NCBI GenBank assembly: GCA_963740315.1
Contig: CAVUDP010000002.1
Coordinates: 3,840,001 to 3,904,000 of the forward strand
Direction of reading: 5' to 3'
Source of the DNA: an uncultured cyanobacterium
Lineage (GTDB): Bacteria > Cyanobacteriota > Cyanobacteriia > Cyanobacteriales > Nostocaceae
DNA: 64,000 nucleotides
The notes beneath the pieces were generated by a model. That model saw only the letters and a list, made by a program, of their open reading frames with translations. It was not told the origin of the DNA and did no database searches. Of the stretch, positions 1 through 9,977 are shown piece by piece. Position 1 is the stretch's first letter. Every line of letters starts with the position of its first letter. The position numbers and the translations under genes were made by a program.

Positions 1-1054
1 GCTTCTCCCGCTCGCAGTTCCCAAAGCAGACGAGCAAACCCAGCATTTCTTTAATATTCTCGAAAATAGCGCCAAACGGGGAGCAACTTTAGTTAAGCAA
101 GTGTTATCTTTTGCGCGAGGAGTTCAAGGCGATATAGACAGCGTAGCTGAACGCACTCCGTTACAAGTTAAGCATATCATTTCGGAGATTAAAGATTTCG
201 CTCGCAACACTTTTCCTAAATCAATCGAAATTCAAGTAGGTTTACCCGATAATTTACGATTAATTAGCGCCGATGCAACACAAATTCATCAGGTATTAAT
301 GAATCTTTGCGTTAATGCTCGCGATGCCATGCCACATGGAGGTACGCTGAGTATAAAAGCTGAAAACATCGATATCGATCAAAACTATGTCAAGATGAAC
401 CTTGATGCAACCGTAGGAAATTATGTTGTAGTTACAGTTGCAGATACGGGTACGGGTATTCCTCCAGAAACTAAGATGCGAATTTTTGAACCATTTTTTA
501 CTACCAAACAACAAGGTAAAGGTACCGGATTAGGGCTTTCAACCACAATTGGAATTATTAAAAGCCACGGTGGTTTTATTCATGTTTATAGCGAAGTCGG
601 TGAAGGCACAAAATTTCAAGTTTATTTACCAGCAGTTAGTACAGAAGAAATTGTACAAGATGAAAAAATAGAAATTCCCGAAGGAAAAGGAGAATTAATC
701 CTTTTAGCTGATGACGAGATGAGTATTAGGGATATTACAAAAACATCTTTAGAAAACTATAATTATCAAGTACTTATCGCTAGCGATGGAATTGAAGCAA
801 TTGCGCTTTATGCTCAATATAGAAACGAAATCAGTGCTGTATTAATGGATATGATGATGCCGGAAATGGATGGTGTAACGACTATCCGCACGCTGCAAAG
901 AATGAATCCCCAGGTTAAAATAATTGCCGTCAGCGGATTAGCTACCAGCGATAAAGTAAATGCGGCGATGAGTAGTGGTGCCAAATTATTTTTATCAAAA
1001 CCTTACACTAGCGAAGAATTATTGAGACAATTGCATCAGGTTCTAAATGCTTAA
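1..1054 (+). CDS. Hybrid sensor histidine kinase / response regulator (C-terminal part; frame is open back to the window start)
   Basis: HATPase N/G1/F/G2 boxes (NLCVNARDAM, DTGTGI, FEPFFTTK, GTGLGL) followed by a receiver domain (LADD..MDMMMP..KP). No stop codon upstream of 101. Confidence 0.9.
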   Translation, partial: LLPLAVPKADEQTQHFFNILENSAKRGATLVKQVLSFARGVQGDIDSVAERTPLQVKHIISEIKDFARNTFPKSIEIQVGLPDNLRLISADATQIHQVLMNLCVNARDAMPHGGTLSIKAENIDIDQNYVKMNLDATVGNYVVVTVADTGTGIPPETKMRIFEPFFTTKQQGKGTGLGLSTTIGIIKSHGGFIHVYSEVGEGTKFQVYLPAVSTEEIVQDEKIEIPEGKGELILLADDEMSIRDITKTSLENYNYQVLIASDGIEAIALYAQYRNEISAVLMDMMMPEMDGVTTIRTLQRMNPQVKIIAVSGLATSDKVNAAMSSGAKLFLSKPYTSEELLRQLHQVLNA

Positions 1055-2506
1055 TAACGGTAAACTAACAGTAAAAGATGTCTCTCCATCCGAAGCCGGA
1101 TCGAGCATCAACTCACCGTTATGAGCGCGAACAATTTCACGAGCAAGACTTAATCCCAATCCAATTCCTTCTATTTTACGGTTGCGAGATGGATCTCCGC
1201 GATGAAAACGGTCAAAAATTAGAGTTCTATTCTCATCTTTTATTCCCTCAGATGCATTGACAATTGTTACCTGAAGTGAGTTATTACTTTGAAAAGCATT
1301 AACTTTTATCCAACCGTCGGCAAGATTATATTTTATTGCGTTACTAAATAGATTTTGCAAAACTTGTTTTAGTAAATCTCTGTCACCTTTAACTTTTAAT
1401 CCCTTTGCAATATCAGTTCTTACCGTCAAATCGGGAGCCAACATTTCCACATCTTCTAACATTTGAAATAATAACTCTGACATATCCACCTCTACCAGAT
1501 ATAGACTCAACTGTCCTGCATCAGCTAAAGACAGCAGTAAAAGTTTGCGGACAATTCCACTCAGATGATGTACTTCATCTAATAGATAACTCAAACGCTG
1601 CTGTACTTCACTTCCGTCCGGTACCTGCTGTAATGTTCTTTCTAATTCTCCCTGTAGAATAGTTAGTGGAGTTTTTAATTCATGAGCAGCATCACCACTG
1701 AAGCGAGAAGCTTGATTAAAGCTGCGTTCCAAACGTTCTAACATTTGGTTAAATACCCGAATCATTTCTACAAATTCCACATCTGTTTTTTCAATGGGAA
1801 TTCTTCGATCTAACCCTTTTGCATTAACTTTTTGAATTGTGCTGGTTAATTGATTTATCGGACGTAAAACGCTTCCAGAAAGCAACCATGCACCAATTGT
1901 AATTAATAACAACACTCCAGGAATATAGATCAAGAAAATATTGTTAATGGTAGCCATTTCTCGATCGACTACTTGCAGATTAACCGCGATCGCAATTTGA
2001 ATATTATGATGTTTTACCGCAGCAATTCGCCAAGCTTCTGTTTTTGTTGTTTCTGTAGTCAGTACGGGAGGAAGTGGGAGAGGTGGAGGAGGTAATTGCA
2101 GGGATGGTTTGCTCCGAGGAGTTCGCGGTAGTGGCTTTATTAATGTCAATTTATTAATTAGCAGACGCTGCAAATCTCGATCTATAATTACTTCTTGAGA
2201 TTCGTAGAGCTTGTTACCTTCCGCATCAAATACTAAAAGCGCAATCGGAGCTTCTGTATTTTCACTTAAGATAGTTGATAGCGTACTTTGATACATTTGC
2301 CATTCCTCTTCCTGGTAAAACTGCGGTGGTTTTCTTCCAGGTGGAGAAATTGGTCGCATCAACTGATTAATGATTTGTGCATCTAAACGGTTAACTTTCG
2401 CGTTGTAAATCTGGAACCAGGAAACCGCACCAAATCCTACTAAAGCGCTGCCAGCAAGAGCCGCAGAAAATAAAGCAATCCGCAGACGAAACGAAGATAA
2501 TTTCAT
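1043..2506 (-). CDS. Membrane sensor histidine kinase (HAMP-HisKA-HATPase), CusS/HprS-like
   Basis: Two TM segments, HAMP, H-box FSGDAAHELKTPL, NLFSNAIKYN, GIGLGLSL. Lies directly downstream of an OmpR-family regulator. Confidence 0.9.
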   Translation of the reverse strand: MKLSSFRLRIALFSAALAGSALVGFGAVSWFQIYNAKVNRLDAQIINQLMRPISPPGRKPPQFYQEEEWQMYQSTLSTILSENTEAPIALLVFDAEGNKLYESQEVIIDRDLQRLLINKLTLIKPLPRTPRSKPSLQLPPPPLPLPPVLTTETTKTEAWRIAAVKHHNIQIAIAVNLQVVDREMATINNIFLIYIPGVLLLITIGAWLLSGSVLRPINQLTSTIQKVNAKGLDRRIPIEKTDVEFVEMIRVFNQMLERLERSFNQASRFSGDAAHELKTPLTILQGELERTLQQVPDGSEVQQRLSYLLDEVHHLSGIVRKLLLLSLADAGQLSLYLVEVDMSELLFQMLEDVEMLAPDLTVRTDIAKGLKVKGDRDLLKQVLQNLFSNAIKYNLADGWIKVNAFQSNNSLQVTIVNASEGIKDENRTLIFDRFHRGDPSRNRKIEGIGLGLSLAREIVRAHNGELMLDPASDGETSFTVSLPLLSI

Positions 2507-2509
2507 GAC

Positions 2510-3187
2510 TCAAGTATCTGGTTGACGGAAGCGATAACCAACCCCGCGAATACTTTCAATCCAGCCTCCTTCATCAATGGGGTCAATTTTTTTACGAATC
2601 CGCTGAATACAAACATCTACAACATTAGTATTGGGATTAAAATCATAGCCCCAAACGTGTTCTAATATTTGGGTACGAGTAAAAACTCTTCCGGGAGAAC
2701 GCATCAAATATTCCAGTAAATTAAATTCACGAGTAGTTAGTTCTATAGCTTTTTGATTGCAAGTAACTTCCCGTGTAATTCAATCTAACTTCAAAGAGCA
2801 TACAGCTAGAAAATTCTGACGCTCTCCTACACTTCTACGAATTACAGCATGAATTCGAGCAACCAATTCTTCCACAAAAAAAGGTTTAGCAATGTAATCG
2901 TCGGCTCCTAAATTCAAACCTTGCAATCTATCGTCAAGTTCGTTACGAGCGGTTAATAAAATTACCGGATTATTCCTACCTTCCCGACGCAAATGTTTGA
3001 GAATTGATAGCCCATCTTTACCCGGTAGCATAATATCTAGGACAATCGCATCATATTCGTTTTCTAGAGCTAATAAGTAGCCTTCATCACCATTTGCACA
3101 GTAATCTACTGTAAACCCCTGTTCCTTTAACCCAGCCCGAACAAAATCAGCAATTTTTGCTTCATCTTCGACAAATAGAATGTTCAC
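2510..3187 (-). pseudogene. OmpR-family response regulator (CusR/HprR-like) interrupted by a single in-frame TGA at 2780-2782
   Basis: The receiver ORF 2780-3187 and the winged-helix ORF 2510-2707 are in the same frame. The read-through gives LKLD*ITREVTCNQKAIELTTREFNLLEYLMRS, where R (CGA) is expected at the stop. Confidence 0.85.
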
Positions 3188-3247
3188 AACTATTCTATGG
3201 CTTCTGCATGTGACAATCTATTTTACACTTGCTACTCACAAACTGAA

Positions 3248-3263
3248 ATTACAATTTTGTAAT
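3248..3263. promoter_or_regulatory. Palindromic operator ATTACAATTTTGTAAT (CusR/HprR-box-like), upstream of the response regulator
   Basis: An identical 16-mer recurs at 4540-4555. It resembles the E. coli HprR(YedW)/CusR box. Confidence 0.6.
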
Positions 3264-3280
3264 CAAGAATTATGTAACCG

Positions 3281-4354
3281 TTAGTGTTGGTGTCGGCAGG
3301 CTGTTGTTTTCTGAACTGTTTCCCCCGCAACTTTTTGGTACTCAAACTCCCAACAATCCGATGAAGTCTTACGGTAAACAACAGCACTTGTTACACCAGG
3401 TGTAGTTAAAGAATTGAAACCCAAACGATATTCTCCATCTTCATTTTTCTTAAAATCAGTGATAACCGTTGAGACAGGCTCACCATAGCTACCACCAAAC
3501 GGGCTTGATGTACGCTGCGCTAGTGCATCGAAAGTGGGAGGTTCTATTTGTAGTTTAGAATCAAAAAATCCGTGATGGCAACCTACAACATATGGCGGGG
3601 TTTTGGTTGTGTAATGCACATAACTACCATCAGGCAATTGCAGCGCGTTGCACTCATCAAGCTCTTTGTCGGGTAGGTAACTAAGGTCGCTGTATCTACC
3701 ACGTCCATAATAATCATCACCACCTTCACCATAATAGACTGGTGTGCCATCAAGACCAAAGGCAATCGGTAGTTCAGGATTATGTTTATCCATCAAGCAA
3801 ACTGGGGCATAATGATAGTGATAGTCTTCACCTTGCCCTGCATGACCTCCGCACTGGTCTAATTCGCCCTGAACAACAGTATCGTTGCGCTCCTCATAGT
3901 TATCTAGCGAAGTTGAAACATCAGGTCGTCGTTCGTAATGGAAAATAGGCACACCATCAACTGCAACCGCTATTGGTCCACGCGGACTTGCTTCAACGGG
4001 TTCATCTAACCACTGAGGTTTGAGAGGAATGCGCCACTGATAATCGTAGGGAACCGCAACTCTTTGTATCCAAGATTTGATGCCTACCATTGGTACATCT
4101 TCACTACTTCCAGAAGTTAAATCGGGAAGACCTGTAGCGGTGAACTCAAGGGAATCAGCAGTACAATTAATTGCCTCAGAATTGAGGTGTAACCCAAAAG
4201 CTTTTTTATAGGTTGTGCAGTCTGCTGAGGTTGGCGAAGTTTGAGCGTTAATTGTGTTTACGCTGCTTGAATTTGCTGTCTGCTTCGTGCAACTCAATGA
4301 TGAGCTAGCCGCGAAAACTGCTGTAAGAATAAGGATTGAAAGTCTTGTTTGCAT
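3281..4354 (-). CDS. Secreted YHYH-domain protein
   Basis: Signal/lipoprotein-like N-terminus and the motifs GPIAVAVDGVPIF, LDQCGGH, YHYHY, AFGLDGTPVY. Confidence 0.8.
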   Translation of the reverse strand: MQTRLSILILTAVFAASSSLSCTKQTANSSSVNTINAQTSPTSADCTTYKKAFGLHLNSEAINCTADSLEFTATGLPDLTSGSSEDVPMVGIKSWIQRVAVPYDYQWRIPLKPQWLDEPVEASPRGPIAVAVDGVPIFHYERRPDVSTSLDNYEERNDTVVQGELDQCGGHAGQGEDYHYHYAPVCLMDKHNPELPIAFGLDGTPVYYGEGGDDYYGRGRYSDLSYLPDKELDECNALQLPDGSYVHYTTKTPPYVVGCHHGFFDSKLQIEPPTFDALAQRTSSPFGGSYGEPVSTVITDFKKNEDGEYRLGFNSLTTPGVTSAVVYRKTSSDCWEFEYQKVAGETVQKTTACRHQH

Positions 4355-4537
4355 TTCATCTAATCTCCCAATTTAATTATTGTTAACCCAGGTATCTCAC
4401 AAAGGGCGAAAAAAAAGGGTGCTAAAAACTGTAGGAACATTTTTTTCAGGAGCATTTGAACAGCTTTTAGTTATGACCCTATGGAAACAGATTGTATATC
4501 AGAATAATTACTTTTTTAAGCCAAAATTCGCCCCGAA

Positions 4538-4557
4538 AAATTACAATTTTGTAATTT
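4538..4557. promoter_or_regulatory. Second palindromic operator AAATTACAATTTTGTAATTT between the divergent YHYH gene and the exporter operon
   Basis: Near-perfect 20-bp palindrome with the same core as 3248-3263. Confidence 0.6.
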
Positions 4558-4726
4558 AAGCAAAGAATTAATTGTTATAGCTATATACTGTAATTATTCG
4601 ATAAATATAAACAACTAATTAATAAAGCTCTCGTGATTCTCCCACAAAGAGCCGCACAAGCCGTAATCAAAATCACTTCAAAATCACTTATTGTTGCTTC
4701 TTGCACTAATGGTGCATTCGTAGCGT

Positions 4727-6238
4727 ATGAAACTTCAATCTTCCCAAAATGTAATATTTCAGCCTTTAAGAAAAGGCTTGATAAAAAATAAACTAAGTAA
4801 GTGGCTAATAGGGTTACTGATTCTCTGTTCGCTGACGGGTGGTGGATACCTTATTTACCGTCAGATAGTGATTTCTTCTGCTCAAACAGCCAGAAGCAAA
4901 ATGTTGAGTGTCCCAGTTGAACGAGAAACGTTACCCATTACTATCTTAGCCAACGGCACAATTGAAGCTAAACAATCAACTAACGTCAGCCCCGATACTT
5001 CTGGACGGCTAAAGAGCTTGCTGGTGAAGGAAGGAGAGTATGTAAAAGTCGGACAAATTTTGGCACGCATGGATGACTCAACCTTACAAGGTCAGCTGAT
5101 TCAAGCACAAGGTTCTTTAGCTTCTGCCCAAGCAAGTTTGCAAAAGGCAATAGCGGGTAATCGTTCTCAAGATATTGCTCAAGCACAAGCACAATTAGAG
5201 CAAGCCCAAGCGAACTTACAAAAAGCACAAGCAGGTAATCGTCCTCAAGATATTGCTCAGGCTCAAGCACGTTTAAAAAGCGCTCAAGCAAATTTAACAA
5301 AAGCTGAAGATGATTTTAACCGCAATCAGCAACTATACAATGCTGGTGCTATTTCCCTGCAAATTCTCAACCAACAACGCGCCGATCGCGATAGCGCCCA
5401 AGCTGCTGTAAATGAAGCGCAGCAAGCATTAGCATTACAAAAAGCAGGGTCGCGCACTGAAGATATCGAGCAACTAAAAGCAGTAGTGAAAGAAAAACAG
5501 CAAGCTTTAGCACTGCAAAAAGCAGGAACACGCACCGAAGACATTGAAGCTGCACGGGCACAAGTGACTCAACAAGAGGGTAACTTAAAAACGATTCAAA
5601 CACAGATTCAAAACACAATTATTCGCGCTCCTTTCAGTGGGATTGTCACCGCCAAGTATGCCGATCCCGGTGGTATTGTCACACCTACCACATCGGGAAG
5701 TACGGTATCTAGTGCAACTTCTTCTTCGATTTTGTCGCTGGCATCAAATTATCAAGTTGTAGCAAAGGTTGCCGAAACCGATATCAGTAAAATTGAAGTT
5801 GGGCAGTCAGTCACCGTTATAGCTGATGCCTATCCTGACAAAACTTTTGCAGGCAAAGTTGCGGAAGTTGCGCCTCAAGCAACGGTGACTTCTAACGTAA
5901 CTAGCTTTGAAGTAAGAGTAAACTTCACGGATACTGAAAATCTCCTGCGTCCCGGTATGAACGTCAATGCGAAATTCGATGCAGGTAAATTGAATAATGT
6001 CCTTGTCATCCCCACAGTGGCAATTCTACGCCAAAACAACGGCACCGGAGTAAGAGTAATTACGGGAAATGAGACTCAGTTTGTGCCAATTGAAACCGGA
6101 CTAACTATCAATAGTAAAACTGAAGTACGCTCCGGTTTACAAGGAAATGAAAAAGTTTTGCTTAGTGCGCCATCTAATTCTCAAATTAACAGTAATAGTA
6201 ACAGAGATATTCCTCCTGGTGGGGGTCCTCCTCTTTGA
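4727..6238 (+). CDS. Efflux periplasmic adaptor subunit (MacA/HlyD family)
   Basis: N-terminal TM, lipoyl halves (GRLKSLLVKEGEYVKVGQIL; IRAPFSGIV) and a long coiled coil with four LQKA.G.R.xDI repeats. Confidence 0.9.
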   Translation: MKLQSSQNVIFQPLRKGLIKNKLSKWLIGLLILCSLTGGGYLIYRQIVISSAQTARSKMLSVPVERETLPITILANGTIEAKQSTNVSPDTSGRLKSLLVKEGEYVKVGQILARMDDSTLQGQLIQAQGSLASAQASLQKAIAGNRSQDIAQAQAQLEQAQANLQKAQAGNRPQDIAQAQARLKSAQANLTKAEDDFNRNQQLYNAGAISLQILNQQRADRDSAQAAVNEAQQALALQKAGSRTEDIEQLKAVVKEKQQALALQKAGTRTEDIEAARAQVTQQEGNLKTIQTQIQNTIIRAPFSGIVTAKYADPGGIVTPTTSGSTVSSATSSSILSLASNYQVVAKVAETDISKIEVGQSVTVIADAYPDKTFAGKVAEVAPQATVTSNVTSFEVRVNFTDTENLLRPGMNVNAKFDAGKLNNVLVIPTVAILRQNNGTGVRVITGNETQFVPIETGLTINSKTEVRSGLQGNEKVLLSAPSNSQINSNSNRDIPPGGGPPL

Positions 6239-6274
6239 CAACCCACAAGTTAAATTTGATGCCATTATTCTGAG

Positions 6275-7567
6275 GTGAGTAAAATGAGCGCACGTTACTT
6301 CAAGCCACGAGTTAAAAAGGTATCTACGGTATCAAAAGTAGAAATTTTGACCATTGCTGTTGAGGCGTTGTGGAATAATAAACTCCGCACTATGCTAACG
6401 ATGCTGGGCATCATTATTGGTATTACAGCAGTGATTGCCGTTACCGCAATTGGTCAAGGTACTCAAAAAGCCACCGAGCAACGATTACAATCGCTTGGAA
6501 GTGACATTTTGCAAGTACAGTCGGGTGCAGCTAGAAGTGGTGGAGTGCGGCAGGGTGCTGGGAGTGCAACGACATTGACTTTAGAAGATGCTGAAGCTAT
6601 TGCCGAACAAGTTTTAGCAGTTGAGCGTGTATCTGCTTTCCTAGAGCAAAACGCTCAAGTTGTCTATGCCCAAAACAACAACTCGATGACAATTATTGGT
6701 ACTGATGTCAACTATCCAGATGTACGCAATACCTATCCTCAAACAGGTAGATTTTTTACTCAGGAGGAAGTCGATGCGGGAAAAGCTGTGGCAGTTTTAG
6801 GTCCCACCGCACGAGATGAATTACTGGGTTCGGGAAGTAGTGCAGAAGGTTCACAAATCCGCATTCAAGGACAAACCTATGAGGTAATTGGCGTTATGGA
6901 AACGAAGGGAACGCAAGGACGACAAAACCCGGATGAACTAATTTATATCCCGCTCACCAATATGTCTGCTCGGCTAACAGGAAACAACTCTGTCAAAGGA
7001 ATTGCGATTAGAGGAATTTATGTCAAAGTAGAAAGTCAGGATCGGTTAGATGCTGCTGAGTATCAAACCACAAATCTTTTGCGGGTACGACATGGCATTT
7101 TTCCCGCAAAAGACGATACAGATGATTTTAGAATTATAAATTCGGCTGATATTATCGAAACCCTCACCAGTACATCTAAACTGTTTACCATCATGGTAGT
7201 AGCAGTTGCCGCAATTTCTTTAATTGTCGGGGGTATTGGCATTGCCAACATTATGCTTGTATCAGTGGTTGAGCGGACGCGAGAAATTGGGATTCGTAAA
7301 GCAGTTGGAGCTACTAATAGTGCTATTTTGAGCCAGTTTTTAGCTGAGGCAATAATAATTGCAGCAATGGGAGGAGCGATTGGCATCTGCTTGGGGATAG
7401 CAATCGGCTTTGTTGCCTCAAATTCGTTCAAATTTCCCCTTGTGATTTCACCCTGGTCAATTCTCCTGGGATTTAGTTTGACATTTATCATTGGGTTGCT
7501 AGCTGGAGTGATTCCCGCTCGTAGTGCTGCCAGACTTGACCCAATCGAAGCGCTTAGGAGCGATTGA
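6275..7567 (+). CDS. ABC transporter permease (MacB/FtsX family)
   Basis: NKLRTMLTMLGIIIG, VGGIGIANIMLVSVVERTREIGIRKAVGA, PARSAARLDPIEALR. The ATG at 6284 is an alternative start. Confidence 0.92.
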   Translation: MSKMSARYFKPRVKKVSTVSKVEILTIAVEALWNNKLRTMLTMLGIIIGITAVIAVTAIGQGTQKATEQRLQSLGSDILQVQSGAARSGGVRQGAGSATTLTLEDAEAIAEQVLAVERVSAFLEQNAQVVYAQNNNSMTIIGTDVNYPDVRNTYPQTGRFFTQEEVDAGKAVAVLGPTARDELLGSGSSAEGSQIRIQGQTYEVIGVMETKGTQGRQNPDELIYIPLTNMSARLTGNNSVKGIAIRGIYVKVESQDRLDAAEYQTTNLLRVRHGIFPAKDDTDDFRIINSADIIETLTSTSKLFTIMVVAVAAISLIVGGIGIANIMLVSVVERTREIGIRKAVGATNSAILSQFLAEAIIIAAMGGAIGICLGIAIGFVASNSFKFPLVISPWSILLGFSLTFIIGLLAGVIPARSAARLDPIEALRSD

Positions 7568-7599
7568 GACAACATACTGAAGCCTAGAGGATTATTAAT

Positions 7600-8295
7600 A
7601 TGGCAACCATGATTTGGATGGAAGGCATTGAAAAAACTTATTTTTTAGGAGAAAGCAAAATTCCAATACTCAAGGGAATTAACTTATCTATCGAAGAAGG
7701 CGAATATACCGCAATTATGGGGATGTCTGGTTCTGGGAAGTCTACACTGATGAATATTATTGGTTGTCTTGACCGCCCAACATCCGGATATTATGTTCTA
7801 GAAGGTAGAAATCTAACTACACTAACTAACGATGAGTTAGCATATATCCGCAATCAACATATCGGTTTTGTGTTTCAGCAATTCAATCTACTGCCTCGCT
7901 CCACCGCTTTAGAAAACGTAATGTTGCCAATGATCTATGCAGGTATTCCTAAATCGCAACGCAAAAAACGGGCTGAGTCAGCCTTAATCCGCGTTGGCTT
8001 AGCAGAGCGAATGTTAAACCGTCCCAATCAGATGTCTGGTGGACAACAGCAGCGAGTAGCCATCGCTCGTGCCCTCGTCAACCGTCCTAAACTTGTTTTA
8101 GCAGACGAACCCACAGGAGCTTTAGACACCCAAACTTCTGGGGAAGTGATGAATTTACTGACTGAACTTAATAGTCAAGGTATCACAATCGTTATTGTCA
8201 CCCACGAAATAGATGTCGCCAACCAAACCAACCGCATTATTCACGTCAAAGATGGTTTAGTGACTCATAAGATAACCGAATTAAAAGAATTTTAG
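7600..8295 (+). CDS. ABC transporter ATP-binding protein (LolD/MacB type)
   Basis: Walker [10 protein letters not shown], signature MSGGQQQRV, Walker B LADEPTG, VTHE. Confidence 0.95.
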   Translation: MATMIWMEGIEKTYFLGESKIPILKGINLSIEEGEYTAIMGMSGSGKSTLMNIIGCLDRPTSGYYVLEGRNLTTLTNDELAYIRNQHIGFVFQQFNLLPRSTALENVMLPMIYAGIPKSQRKKRAESALIRVGLAERMLNRPNQMSGGQQQRVAIARALVNRPKLVLADEPTGALDTQTSGEVMNLLTELNSQGITIVIVTHEIDVANQTNRIIHVKDGLVTHKITELKEF

Positions 8296-8465
8296 CCAGA
8301 TGAAAATCATGGGTTATAAACTGTATATCACCAAGACTTTAATGATATTGCTATCAAGTTTGAAACTTTCATATAACTCAAGCTAGAAAATATTTGCTTT
8401 CTTCAAAAACAACGACGATAAAAATATAATTTCCCTCAATTAATTAAAGTGGATTGTCAGCATAA

Positions 8466-8506
8466 GCAAAACCTTCACAAGCGATGAATACTTGTGAAGG
8501 TTTTGC
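8466..8506. terminator. Bidirectional terminator-like hairpin between convergent genes
   Basis: 16-bp perfect stem GCAAAACCTTCACAAG / CTTGTGAAGGTTTTGC. Confidence 0.7.
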
Positions 8507-8537
8507 GTTATTATTACAAAAAAAGCAGAGTTAATTT

Positions 8538-8813
8538 CTATCTCCGGACTCTAACTAATTTACATTCCCGAACAGTTCTAACACGTCCTCTTACTCGAAC
8601 ACGTTTGTTAACGCAAACCTCTTTGAAATCATTTTTATTAACTCTTCGCTTCTTTTGACCTCTTAAATTAACATTTACATCAACTACATCAACAACCTTA
8701 TTTCTTCCATAACCGTTGTCAGAAGAATGGTAGGGACTCGCTGATACAGGCAATGCAGTAGTTGCCAACGATACCATTATTAATATTCCCGTTGAAACTT
8801 TATCCCAGTTCAT
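8538..8813 (-). CDS. Small secreted protein with an Arg/Val-rich C-terminus and a Cys pair
   Basis: Signal peptide ending in ASA. An RBS-like AGAGGG lies upstream. Confidence 0.65.
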   Translation of the reverse strand: MNWDKVSTGILIMVSLATTALPVSASPYHSSDNGYGRNKVVDVVDVNVNLRGQKKRRVNKNDFKEVCVNKRVRVRGRVRTVRECKLVRVRR

Positions 8814-9148
8814 AATTAACCCTCTTAAAACGAGTGGATAACTGAATACTAGAAAATATTTGCGTTTATAACCAGTATCTTTTCTCCTAAAAAGAAGTAT
8901 CTTTTATTCATATATGATTCAGTACTTTTATCACTTGAAAAAATTGCAATTTTAAAGTAACCAATATCCCCATTCAGGGTGACATAACGACCCTGAGAAA
9001 AATTAAAAAATTTTAATCGAAAAATAGGGGTAGTTGTAATTTTAGGGTGGCTAAATGATAAATGTCAGGCAATAAAGTTCAGTTTAAAAAAATAGTTATC
9101 ACATAACTAACTGAACTTGATTGAAATATAAACATTCGGAGATATATT

Positions 9149-9667
9149 ATGAAACTCAATCAAGTATTAGCAATAACAGCAATTCCTGCGTTATTTGGAA
9201 CATTGGTTTTTACTTCAATCAATAAAACCGACGCAGCAGACACAACTCAAATTATGGCTCAAAACCAACCTACACAAGGAAAAGGCAGACGACGCGGACC
9301 AGATTTTGCAGCAGCAGCTACTAAATTAGGAATAACCGAGCAACAATTAAAAGATGCTTTGGGACGACCACCACAACCAGATTTTGCAGCAGTAGCGAGC
9401 AAGTTAGGAACTAGCGAAGGAGAACTAAAAGAAGCTCTAGGTGTTCCCGAAAATCCTCCCGAAGCTGGGGAAGGACAAAGACCACCCAGACCTGATTTTA
9501 CAGCAGCAGCAGCAAAATTAGGTGTAACCGAACAACAAATCAAAGAAGCCTTTGGACCACGACCCAGACCTGATTTGAATGCAGCAGCAAGCAAGTTAGG
9601 AATTAGCGAAGAACAACTCAAAGAAGCTCTCGGTGTTCCCGAAAATCCTCCCGAACGTCCGGAATAA
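9149..9667 (+). CDS. Secreted protein with four PDFAAAAxKLGxxEQQLKxALG repeats
   Basis: Signal peptide, GGAG RBS and four visible helical repeats joined by Pro-rich linkers. Confidence 0.8.
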   Translation: MKLNQVLAITAIPALFGTLVFTSINKTDAADTTQIMAQNQPTQGKGRRRGPDFAAAATKLGITEQQLKDALGRPPQPDFAAVASKLGTSEGELKEALGVPENPPEAGEGQRPPRPDFTAAAAKLGVTEQQIKEAFGPRPRPDLNAAASKLGISEEQLKEALGVPENPPERPE

Positions 9668-9679
9668 CTGTTAAAATAG

Positions 9680-9711
9680 CCCCCCTTAAAAAAGGGGGGT
9701 TGGGGGGATCT
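9680..9711. repeat. Cyanobacterial dispersed repeat CCCCCCTT..AAGGGGGGTTGGGGGGATCT
   Basis: C6/G6 hairpin plus a GGGGGGATCT tail, a common Nostocales intergenic repeat. Confidence 0.65.
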
Positions 9712-9977
9712 TGCAGATGCGAAATACTATTTGATTAGTAATGAAATGGTTTCTTTATCTAGTAAATCTTGTAAAGACGCGATATAAAGCGAAATTCAGT
9801 AATTAAGCGCAACCTCATACAGAATTGGTATAAGATTCCTGTTTATAAAAGAATATTTACAAAAAACTTTTGCTAGAGAAAACAACTTATTCAAATGTAT
9901 ACATCTTCAATATAGCAATTACGAGCTAAAGATAGATAATTTTGAAACCAATCTTTACCTTTAATTAAATTACTATA

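Noticed and set aside
2780..2782. Selenocysteine or programmed read-through at the TGA
   Set aside because: The position corresponds to Arg, not Cys, and no SECIS-like hairpin was evident.
2510..3187. Local OmpR-family regulator as the binder of the CTCACAA-nTT-CCTCA box
   Set aside because: Its own promoter region and neighbours carry a different palindromic box (ATTACAATTTTGTAAT), and the gene is broken. The regulator of the direct-repeat box is probably outside the window.
7063..7575. 170-aa antisense ORF, and similar shadows such as 9259-9621, 53131-53529, 56626-57000 and 4986-5300
   Set aside because: They lie opposite well-supported genes and have no independent motifs or RBS.
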